NCBI RefSeq assembly: GCF_963506605.1
Contig: NC_083282.1
Location: forward strand, 69,130,001 to 69,194,000
DNA: 64,000 nt
Direction: 5' to 3'
DNA from: Zootoca vivipara
Lineage: Eukaryota
Notes under the pieces: model-generated
The model's input: only the letters and a program-made list of their open reading frames with translations
What the model was told of the DNA's origin: nothing
The model's database searches: none
Made by a program: the position numbers and the translations under genes
Shown here: positions 25,401 to 35,706 of the stretch, piece after piece
Layout: every line of letters begins with the position of its first letter
Position numbering within the stretch: position 1 is the first letter of the stretch

Positions 25401-28400
25401 GTGAGGCCATAGCAGGGCTTAGCTTCAGGGTATTCTGGTACTGTACTGCTCCTGTTAATGGCCAAACTTTTAGTTGCTGTGGAGCGAAGCCTTCAAATTC
25501 CCCATTTTTCATCACAGGTCCTTCTCTGAATCCCCTAATCCTTTAGCCTCTTGATCTATGTATCTTTGCATCCCTTACTCTTTATCACCCCTTCTTAAAT
25601 ATATACTTTATGATACCCCCTATATGACCATTCTTAAATACATAAGGTACTACCTTCGGCAAATGGAATTGTCCCTAAAATAAACTGGTACTGCCATTGC
25701 AACAAGGAGTTTGGGAGGGGAAATATGGATCAGGGATGTGGTAGCTCCCACCAGCCCTACCCAGCATGGTCAGTGATCAAGAATGATGGGAGATGGTATG
25801 GATTATTGCTTCAAAAAAGCAGTATTCTCAACACCGATTATTATTTTCTTTGCTGCTTAAACCAGGATCCAGGAATTATTGCCCTTGGTAAAAACAACTC
25901 CAGGCTGAAAATCGATGCAAGCAAGATTGTCGCTGTTAGCTCCAGTATTACCAACCCCGTTTCATGCAAAGAGATTGGCCAAAGATCCCTTAAGAAAGGT
26001 AAGAGTTGGTGATGAAGTTGCAAGACCTCAGCCCCCTAAAATTACCAGTTTGTTTGCACAATATTCCTTATTAAAGAGATCTATGGTTTTGAGATTATTG
26101 TCCCCTAATTTCTTAGTTCTTGTGATATCCGGGAAGATCACAAACAAATGAGTTATGCTTTGTGCTTTGCAACCTAGGTGTGGCTGGTAGTGTGCTTGTG
26201 CGCCTGTAAGAGACATGCCTGTTATGTAATAGAAATGCCCTTCCCCTCTCTGGGTGTGGCTCCCAACATAACTCAGTGGGAATGAGATAGAAAGAACCTT
26301 GAGTCTTGCCTGGGCAGTGAGTCCTAGCTAGCTGCTGTTAAAAATAAATACAATTACTGAAGTTCTCCTGACCACCTGCTGACCTCCTACCACTTCCTGT
26401 CATTAGGGCAAACCCACTGCAAATTTTCTTTCCCAAACTTACAGGGCGAGAGCAAGCAGCAATACCATGTGATCTGAAAGGGACTTCACAGGATCTCTTC
26501 CAGTGTCACAGAGGGTGCTGGGATGCAACTCAACATCCGGCTACCCCACGCAATTGCTTGGATTGCTTGGCAGTTGGGCATAAAACACAGGGCAGCATTT
26601 CAAGGCATCATAGCCTTGCATCCTTGGGAGGGGCCTCACAGTCCTCAGTGATCTGAAATTCTGATCACAGGGAGGAGAGTAAGAATGTTCAAACTCTCCC
26701 TCTTGCAATCCCCTTTCAGGTTTCCCTGGGGGTCTGCAGGCCCTCAACGCTAAGGTTGCCATATTTCAAAAAGTAAAAATCAAGACACCCTGAAAATTGA
26801 TGAGCTTTTTTAGTTTACTTGCTGAAGATCCAGGACAAATCCCCCCCCCCCCCCGGGAGTCACTTCTGCCTTTGAAATCCCCGTAGTGTCCAGGAAAATC
26901 TGGACATATGGCAGCCCTACTCCATGTTGTAGTTGTGGGACTATAACTTCCGTCATCCCTGACCACTGATCATGCTGGCTGGAGCTGAGGGGAATTGGAG
27001 TTCAGCAGCAACATCTGGAGAGCCATGTGTCCTTGCTTTAGGTATTTTGGCTCTCGTGGTGAAGGTAGGGTTAATAACAGGACTATCATTTACCATACCC
27101 CAACTGTTCTTCTAGAGGGCAGTTACATAATGGAGCACTTGGCAGAGGATGAGGCAGCATGGGAACATGACGTCCTGCAGAAGATGGAAGGCAGCATGAA
27201 GGGCATCCAGGGGCATTGCAACTCCTGCTATCTAGACACTACCCTCTACAGGTTTGTTCAGTGTTTGGGGTCCAGCTCTGTGGTCTCTCCATCATTTCAC
27301 ACTGCCTCCTGCATTCAGCAATGCATTCAGCAAACCTTTCTCCCCTTTATTTTGCTGCCTTTTTCTGATCATAGCGCTTTGGTCTTTTTTGCAATCTTCA
27401 TGGTGCAGTCCTTCCTTCAAAATGGCCAGCTAGACCAGGAGTAGCCAACATGGGCCCTACAGGTGGACTCCACATTCGGAAGCTGTATGCCTCCAAATGC
27501 CAGTTGCTGGGAATGGCCGGTGTGTGTGTGTGTGTGTGAGTGAGTGCTGTTACGCTCATATCCTACTTTCGTGCTTCCCATGATGTCACACTGGAGAAGA
27601 GAATGTCGGACACATTGGCCTGATCCAACATGGTTCTTTTTAGGACTGCAATTTCCATCATCATCACCACTGACCATGCCTGATGGAGCTGGTGGAAGCT
27701 GTAGTTTAGCAGCATATGATGAGCTGCTACTCAATGACTGCTAGACAAAGCCAAAGTGGTACCCAGCCCTTGGAGGGCCAGTTCCATCAGCAGCTACCCT
27801 AGGAAGTAGCAGGCCATGGTACCCATTTTGCACAGGGGTGATGACCTCCCTTTCTATTTCAGTTCATGTGTTTTATGTGCATGTTTCTTTGCAGTTTGTT
27901 CAGCTTCTCCTCTGCCTTGGATGGCATCCTCTATTCATCTGAGGTGCGTGATGCAACAGTGCAGCAAATCTTGAGGCAGCAGATTGTGCAACCCTTGAGA
28001 CAGTGAGTTCCATTGTCTGTTCAAAGTGCTTGTACTCTGTGGTATTCATGTGCTCAGTGATGGACTATAATTTATTATAGGAATAAGGGAACTTTGGGCT
28101 GGACTTTTCATCCTGCCTAATTAAGCAGGTCAATAATAGAAAATACCATACTGTAGAGGGGCCAGATCCTGATCTCCCCACTCCCACAGACCATGTTGAC
28201 AGGTGAGCAGGCATTGGCTACACGATAGCATTTCAAGGATATCTCTAGTACGGGAGATCCTATCGAGGCTTGCTGTCACCACTGATAAGCCGATTGGCAC
28301 TGCAGCAAACCTCACTTGTCAAGTAACAATTGTGCCCTGGCCAGTGCACTTAAAGGCTCCCAACGGTTCTTTTGCAGCCATGTCTCTACCTGCCCTACAC

Positions 28401-31400
28401 CTGATGTCACCTGTTACATTTGGGGGCAATGACCTTCTGGGCCAAACTGGAACCTATGCCAGGCCTGATTTAGCCCACAGGCCAGAGGTTCCCCACTGCC
28501 GCCATATTTATTTTAGGAAATGCACAAAGAGCAAGAACTCTTTCCCCTGGCCAGTGAAAATTAGTATGCAGAGTGGTTGAAAGAACGGATCAAAATGTCT
28601 ACAGAAGTAATTATTGGTGCGATTACGACAGCTTCTCAAAGAGCAAATTGCTGGCCTGTGTTAATTAGTACAGAGCAGGGGGTTGGGAAATAATTCAGGT
28701 TAAACTCCAAGAGATGACATTGGAACAGCATGCCCACTTGCCCCACTGCTGCCGGAGAAGTAGCACTGGCATCAACGCTGACTTCTGGTGACATCTCACC
28801 AGAACTCGCTGCTGCTGCTTTGCACCACCGAGGCACAACCTAGGTGGGGGGTGCAGCAGGGGTGCAGCGCAATAGCAGCAGATGGGTAGGGCAGCACTTC
28901 CCATTTCCCCTCAAGCCGTGAAGCAGGATGCACCACCCCATCTTTCGATGTTGCTGCAGTATCACTCCTCTCACCCCTGACCAACAGCCATGATGAATTG
29001 CAGCTTCCACCAGCACCAGCCAACATCTGGACAGCCACATGTTCCCCACCCCTGCTTTATAGTGAAGTCGCACATTTCACTGCATTATATACATTTCATG
29101 GAATTCATAAAACACGTTGCTGTTAAGAGAAAAAAGAGCCATAACCTTATTCTTTTCAGGTAGCCCCTGAAGGAAATCTCCCTGTTATCATGCAAACACC
29201 AGCACATCTGTTTCCAGGTGCAGATTTTAAGGATCTTCTTTGCACCATTAAATGAACCGGCTTTTCAGCAAGGCGTGAGCTAATGTTCAGTGGCTCGCCT
29301 AGTATTTTCCCTTTATACTCTCCACTTCCCCCAAGTGATAGGAATTTGCAGGGCTGTCTATTACAAGGTCAGTTTCATGGAGAGAATGCAGGCTGTTTTG
29401 TATTGTAGTTGGTCAAAGAGACTAACCAACATATTTAGCTTTTTTTAATTAAAAAAATGTACTTATACACATTGAGCATGGGAAAGATATAGCAGGATTA
29501 ACCTTGAAACAGCCTCAGTTTCTGCCAAAGCAGCTGCATTCCTCTGCAGCTCCCTAGGGCTGTTTTTTTGCCAGGCAGTCCCAACAGCACACATTTCTTT
29601 CTCTGGCTAAAGACAAAATTGTGAGCAGGCAGGTGCAACCATCATTCCTAGATGATCTGGTTTGCCCATTAATGAACATCTATTGTAAGCAGGCAAGCAC
29701 ATAGCTCATGCAAGTATTGATCTTTCCCAGGCATGGCTATGTGGGAGCTGAGAATGTGATGAACTTGAGGAGGTTGCTGCGATGCGACAGCTTTGTTACA
29801 GAAGAGAAAGGTAAGGGACAATGGCATCATAGTCCATCCGCTGCACCTCTGGGGGCAAGGGAAGGTCACTTTGCCACTGCTTCCTTCCTTCCTCCCCTTA
29901 AAAACACACTCAGACACTTTGAAATATCTGGAATTTGTCCACAAATGAAGAGTGTGCCGATTAGGAGTATAGTTCTGGGCATTGCTGCAGGCCTTTTACT
30001 ATCCTAATGGAGACTACTGTTGACAGATCCAGAGGAGTTTCTGAATGTCCTTCTCAGAGAGGTCTTGGCTGTAGAACCCTTGCTCAAAATCAGGTATGGC
30101 TTTGATCTGTTTATCTTTTTTTATCTTGGCTCTGAGGGCCAGTCACCAGGGCAGTATTATCTACCATGTGACTAGGGATGCCAACTCTTGGATTCATAAA
30201 ATCTGGTGATTAGGCAGAGCCTAGGATTGGAGCCCATTTCAGTGCAGCAATGGGTGTGGGTGGGAGCCTAGCTGTGTCATATGGGCAGACGGCATTGAGT
30301 TGAGATAGGTTGGGAGGTGAAGCATAACAGTTTTTCAGTAGGAAGGAGCCCAACACAAAAGCTGTTAATTTGCCTAAGCTTCAAAACTTCTTCCCCCAAA
30401 ATTTTTAGGTCAGACAACGAAGTGCTAGAATATAATTGCTACCAGATCCTTGCAGAGAAAGATGCTACAATCAAAGTGCCCACTGTGCAGCAGCTACTGG
30501 AAACATCCCTGCTCTCATATGGCTTAAAGCTGGATGAGGTATGCAACTGTCTTTAAGTAGCACTGTGTATATTTCAAGATTAGACCTCAACAACAACCAA
30601 GAATGGTCTATTCAGGAGCAGTTCTATTTGGACCACTCCATCTTGAGCCAACTTACAGCAAAACACATACAAACACTCTTCAAAAAGGTCCGTTTCTTCC
30701 AGATTCCATCATGCCTCATCTTACAGATGCCTAGGTTTGGGAAGAGTTATAAGAAGTTTTCATCAGTGTATCCCTCTCTCGAGCTTGACCTCACAGATAT
30801 GATGGAGCAAGGTAAATCAAAGATTTGATACTGGTTGGGTTTGATGTTACTAAGAACTGATTGAAGACTACAGTACTGTACAAACCTGGGTTCTTTTTCT
30901 ATGATTGTAGCTCCACGGGTGTGTTGTGTTTGTGGAGGAGAGGCAGCCCACGGATGCTCACGATGCCAACTGGATTCCCTTCTGCATCCTAAACTCATGA
31001 AACTGTTTGAGAACCTTTCTAAGGTATGAAGGAACAATGAATGATAATTATTTCATGATAGAAAAGCCAGTGGGAGGGTTCTGTAATGACATTGGAAAGA
31101 GTTGCTAGCAGGTAGCCAAATGGTCCATGTCAACAATGAGACTTTGTCCTTAGGTTTTTTATTAAATTTTCCTAACTTTACCAATTAATTTCAAATTTGC
31201 TACACATTTGTTACAATTTGACTTTCCACCTTTCCTTCCATGCTTTTTTACACCCATCCCTTCCACCTACTGCATACGGTAATATCACACATTTCATCTA
31301 ATACATAGTCCTATATTTCATATACAGTCATACCTCGGTTTAAGTACGCCTCAGTTTGAGTATTTTCAGTTTAAGTACTCCGCGGACCCGTCTGGAACAG

Positions 31401-31978
31401 ATTAATCAACTTTCCATTACTTTCAATGGGAAAGTTTGCTTCAGTTTAAGTACGCTTCAGGTTAAGTACAGACTTCCGGAACCAATTGTGTTTGTAAACC
31501 GAGGTACCACTGTATTATCATTTTCTTCCTGTTGCTCAAATTTCAAATCCGGCACACAATTTCATTTGGTCATCATATTTTTTCAAATTATCCAGAAAGG
31601 CTCCCACTCTTTCATAAATTGTCCATCATATTGATCTTTTACTTTCACTTCTAGCTTTGCCAGTACCGCTTAGTAACTGTGAGCCTCTGTCTTCATCTTC
31701 AGGGATTTATTGCTACAGCTTCTTGCACACTTAGGTGTGGAGTTACCCACCCACCAGGCAAGCAAGCAAAAATTAGGCTTGCCAGCTTTGGCACAATTTC
31801 AACAAACAATATTCTCCTTGTAGGTAGAGATGTGCATAGTTTTCTCTGCTGCATTTCTGCTGGTTGTGCAGCTGTAAAAGGCACAGCACCCTCCCTGGAA
31901 ATGTTCGTTAATTTGCCTCAAGGACATTTCCTTCAGAACTCTGTAACCTGCATATTCTCCTTCCTCCTCCATAACACG

Positions 31979-32011
<33 letters not shown>

Positions 32012-34419
32012 TATTATTTATACCCTGCCCGTCTGGCCGGGTTCCCCCAGTCACTCTGGGCGGCTTCCAACAAAATATTAAAATACAGAAATCCATCAAA
32101 CATTAAAAGCTTCCCTAAACAGGGCTGCCTTGAGATGTCTTTTAAGGTCTGGTAATTGTTGCTCTATTTGACCTCTGGTGGGAGGGCATTCCACAGGGTG
32201 GGTGCCACTACCGAGAAGGTCCTCTGCCTGGTTCCCTGTAACTTGGCTTCTCGTAGCGAGGGAACTGCCAGAAGGCCCTCGGCGCTGGACCTGTGTCTGG
32301 GCAGAATGATGGGGGAGGAGACGCTCCTTCAGGTATACTGGACCGAGGCCATTTAGGGCTTTAAAGGTCAGCACTAACACTTTGAATTGTGCTCGGAAAC
32401 GTACTGGGAGCCAATGTAGGTCTTTCAGGATCGGTGTTATGTGGTCACGGCGGCCGCTCCCAGTCACCAGTCTAGCTGCCACATTCTGAGTTAGTTGTAG
32501 TTTCCAGGTCACCTTCAAAGGTAGCCCCACATAGAGCGCATTGCAGTAGTCCAAGCGGGAGATAACTAGAGCATGCACCACTCTGGCGAGACAGTCCGCG
32601 GGCAGGTAGGGTCTCAGCCTGCGTACCAGATGGAGCTGATACACAGCTGCCCTGGATACAGAATTGACCTGCGCCTCCATGGACATCTGTGAGTCCAAAA
32701 TGACTCCCAGGCTGCACACCTGGTCCTTCAGGGGCACAGTTACCCCATTCAGGACCAGGGAATCCTCCACACCTGCCCGCCTCCTGTCCCCCACAAACAG
32801 TACTTCTGTCTTGTCGGGATTCAATCTCAATCTGTTAGCCGCCACCCATCCTCCAGCCGCCTCCAGGCACTCACATAGAACCTTCACCGCCTTCCCTAGT
32901 TCTGATTTGATAACTTGTATTCTAGGAAACAACACATTCTCCCTATTGGGAAACCCAAAAGTATGTCCCAACTGGTTAGCCTTCCAGAATCCTCTTTGCA
33001 CAATAAACATTCCAGGTACCTTAGGCAATTTCTTGGCCAAGATTTCTGGTTAGAGTGAAAAACCAGCTACACAAATGGCACAGTCTGTCAGCTAGGGGGT
33101 TTATATTATTATTAATTCATTTACAAATTTGCCTTTTACTTTTTTATGTCTCAAGGCTATTTACACAGACATGGCTAAAATGGTTTTTAAAACAGTACAA
33201 AGAAACCTGAAAATAGGTTTCAAAGCAACTCAAAGTGAACATCTGAAGCAGCGAGGTCTTTACATGCAGCTGGAGAAGCCTGTCAAAACAAAAATGTCTT
33301 CAATTGTTTCTGGAAAATTCAGGTGGTGGCCTCCTGCTGTAGCTCAACAGGTTTGCAAAGAACCACCCTACATCGCTGGACTGCACTGAAGGGTGACACA
33401 GTCAAAGTGTGACGCCCAAGAAATAGAGCATTATAATCACTACTTTAAGATGCGGGGAAACTCCGAAAAACAGTGTCAGATTCTGACTAGCAATCATCTG
33501 TTTCTTTCATCCAGCCACCATCTCATTGGATTGGACCAAAGCATCCTTACAAAGGACTAGGACCCAACAGCCCTCCAAAGCAGCGCACCTTGGATCTCTT
33601 CGCCGTCCTTTGCATAGAAAGCAGCCATTATGTGGCTTTTGTTAGATACGGCCCATTGAGACACTCCTGGCTTTTCTTCGACAGCATGGCTGGCAGCACA
33701 CTGAGTAAGCAAGGATCTTGGGCTTTATTTGTGGGGGTTAGTCTAAAAACCAGAGCTCTGCAAGCTTCAACACGTGTTTCCAAGGTTTTCTCTCCCTTTC
33801 CCATTGGTTCTTACTTCCTGCCTATTTTCACTTAGACATGGCTTCCTTCAGCGCTGCTGAATCCTGGCAACAAATATAATTACTGTCTTGCTCTTCACAA
33901 GCTCACAGAATGCATAACTACAGGCATTCCCCCCCCCCTTACCCAGGGGTTACGTTTTGGGCCCCTGTGAGCATAAGTGGAATTGCGTAAAGTGGGGAGG
34001 GGCACCCTCTAAAAAGGCTCTAAATGCCCATTTCCCACCTGCTCTCCAGCTCTCTCTCCACATACAACTCTCTCTCCACCTAGAGGTGAAGTTCTGGGGC
34101 CAGCTGGAGGACGCACAGAAAAGCAGCAGCAACATGCAGCAGCTGCGCTACCCCAACCGTCAGCTGTTAGGTGAGGAGGCTTGAGCAGCTTAAACAAAGC
34201 TCTGCTGTGCCTCCAGCCCCTTTAGGGCTCCCTCTGTCCTCACTGATGTCTTTTTTGGGCTCTGGGGAGGGTCTCCTCGTGAATCACAAGGACTCTTCAG
34301 CTCTCTTTCGCCATTTCCTGGTATGATTCTATAAGTAAAAAATGGAGGTGCTATATGTACTTTTCCATGTTTATTTGTTTGTTTTGCAACACAACACAAT
34401 CTCTACTAAAAACTAATAA

Positions 34420-34459
<40 letters not shown>

Positions 34460-34717
34460 GAATTATCTTTAGTTGCCTCTTTTTAAACTGTCCGTTTTTC
34501 TTTAGAGAATGACAAAGGAATTAACATTCCTGTGGTCAAGGCCTGCCCTCAGATTGGAGACTATCTGGCTATGGCACCCGAGGAATTTGCTACTGTGGAT
34601 ACCAAGCAGATGGATGCTTTTTCCAGAAGATTTTTCTGCGATGCTTACACGTTCATGTACCAAAAGCCACAGCACGCTTCTTACAAGTTATCGGTTCAGA
34701 AACTGAGCTCTCTCTGA
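24987..34717 (+). CDS. CYLD-like ubiquitin carboxyl-terminal hydrolase (USP family), 11 coding exons, ~563 aa: join(24987-25400,25866-25998,27116-27251,27895-28002,29731-29810,30027-30093,30409-30538,30703-30811,30911-31023,33515-33704,34506-34717)
   Basis: All introns are GT-AG with matching phases; total 1692 nt open to TGA. Motifs [59 protein letters not shown] and CDAYTFMYQ are CYLD-specific. A divergent paralog rather than CYLD itself. Confidence 0.92.
25866..25998 (+). CDS. CYLD-like coding exon 2 ([24 protein letters not shown]...SLKK)
   Basis: Pyrimidine tract plus CAG acceptor and GTAAGA donor; phase 0 to 1 bridges the flanking exons; homology is weak. Confidence 0.65.
27116..27251 (+). 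CDS. CYLD-like exon with Cys box ([17 protein letters not shown]); catalytic Cys at 27226-27228
   Basis: Aligns to CYLD KGIQGHYNSCYLDSTLF. Confidence 0.93.
27895..28002 (+). CDS. CYLD-like exon ([35 protein letters not shown])
   Basis: Aligns to CYLD LFAFSSVLDTVLL...LLRTEIVNPLR; AG/GTGAGT boundaries. Confidence 0.9.
29731..29810 (+). CDS. CYLD-like exon ([26 protein letters not shown])
   Basis: Aligns to CYLD YGYVCATKIMKLRKIL...GFTSEEK. Confidence 0.9.
30027..30093 (+). CDS. CYLD-like exon ([23 protein letters not shown])
   Basis: Aligns to [27 protein letters not shown]. Confidence 0.92.
30409..30538 (+). CDS. CYLD-like exon ([43 protein letters not shown])
   Basis: Aligns to CYLD YQIFMEK..VPTIQQLLEWSF..LKFAE. 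Confidence 0.92.
30703..30811 (+). CDS. CYLD-like exon ([36 protein letters not shown])
   Basis: Aligns to CYLD [36 protein letters not shown]. Confidence 0.93.
30911..31023 (+). CDS. CYLD-like B-box exon ([38 protein letters not shown])
   Basis: Aligns to CYLD [34 protein letters not shown]. Confidence 0.88.
31325..31512. mobile_element. Tc1/mariner (Tigger-like) MITE within a decayed L1-like fragment
   Basis: TIRs cagtcatacctcggttt / aaaccgaggtaccactg with TA flanks. Confidence 0.85.
31980..32905 (-). mobile_element. L2-clade LINE 3' fragment (RT C-terminus), ending in (TTA)n
   Basis: ORF 32096..33040 contains [18 protein letters not shown] and [14 protein letters not shown], typical of L2 RT; frameshifted near its end. 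Confidence 0.92.
33515..33704 (+). CDS. CYLD-like exon with His box; catalytic His at 33626-33628 and Asp at 33680-33682
   Basis: [34 protein letters not shown] aligns to [33 protein letters not shown]. Confidence 0.93.
34506..34717 (+). CDS. CYLD-like terminal coding exon ([20 protein letters not shown]...[26 protein letters not shown])
   Basis: Aligns to CYLD NIPQVTPCPEVGEYL...CDAYMCMYQSPTMSLYK. Confidence 0.93.
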
Positions 34718-35700
34718 GCCAGATCTTGGAGAGGGAATTTGAAAGCTCACAAGGACCACCATCTTTCTCTTGGGAGACAGAAACATGAATGCTGGAACTG
34801 TCAGGTTATAGGCTTCTAATAAACCCCACCTCCAACGTAACAGCATTGGTCTGCGTTATAGCAAGTCACTGCTTTCAAAGCCATATTTTCTGAACAATCA
34901 TTTTCTGGAATTATCTTCCGGCTGACACACTGGTGTAAAGGTGGAAGTCCCTCTCCACTTTGCAAGATGCCAAGGAAGACTGCCCAAGTGATTGTGGTGT
35001 GTTGCATCTCTGTAACACCTGCAAGGTGAGGAGAGATATTTTCCTGAAGGCACATCCCAGCCTACCTTGACTGGCAGCAGAGGAGGATGTTGTACCTGTG
35101 TGCCAGGTGAGCACCAGCCTTGTTCATTAATTTGAACGCTTCTGAAGCTGCTTTCATCAGGCACTGAAAATGAGCTCTTACTCATACATACAACTTATCC
35201 GTTGAACATTCATCCTGATTTGCATCCACAAAGCTTACATGGAGGTTATATTCTTTATTGAGCTTTTATTCCGATTTATTTGTGGGGAGGTTATATGACA
35301 ACTGGCATTCATCTCAATTTATTTGTGGGGTGTTTATACATCTTCCTGTTAACTGTTCACTCATTCTACACTTTACAATGCATTTTCTCACCACCTTCCT
35401 GACTGTAAAAACCCCTTTTTTTAAGTGGATTTGCTACAGTAGAGTGACAAGAGCGTTTTAATTGCTTGAATCCCACCTGCAAAATACTGACAATCTAGAG
35501 ATGCCCAAGGCCAGTTCATTTGCAACAATGACCCATCTCCCACTCTGAGACCTTTCCTGTGCAGCACCCTGTATATGACTTTATTTAGATCCTGCTGTTT
35601 TAGCTCTTATTGTTTTGTACTTTTTATATAAATGTTGTTTTTTTAAGTATTCTTTTTGTACTGTGTTGTCTTGGCTCTGTGACTGTAAGGGTAGTTTATA

Positions 35701-35706
35701 AATAAA
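35701..35706 (+). terminator. Candidate polyadenylation signal of the CYLD-like gene
   Basis: AATAAA ~1 kb downstream of the stop, preceded by U-rich sequence; an earlier AATAAA lies at 34818. Confidence 0.4.

Noticed and set aside
24878-25465. 195-aa antisense ORF over CYLD-like exon 1
   Set aside because: Shadow ORF of the real coding exon, with no recognisable homology.
26445-26660. Possible extra CYLD-like exon ([21 protein letters not shown], faintly CAP-Gly-like)
   Set aside because: It has a good acceptor but I found no in-phase donor before a stop; the flanking exons already join in phase.
32096-33040. 314-aa minus-strand ORF as a host gene
   Set aside because: It is an L2 reverse-transcriptase remnant fused by chance to flanking sequence.
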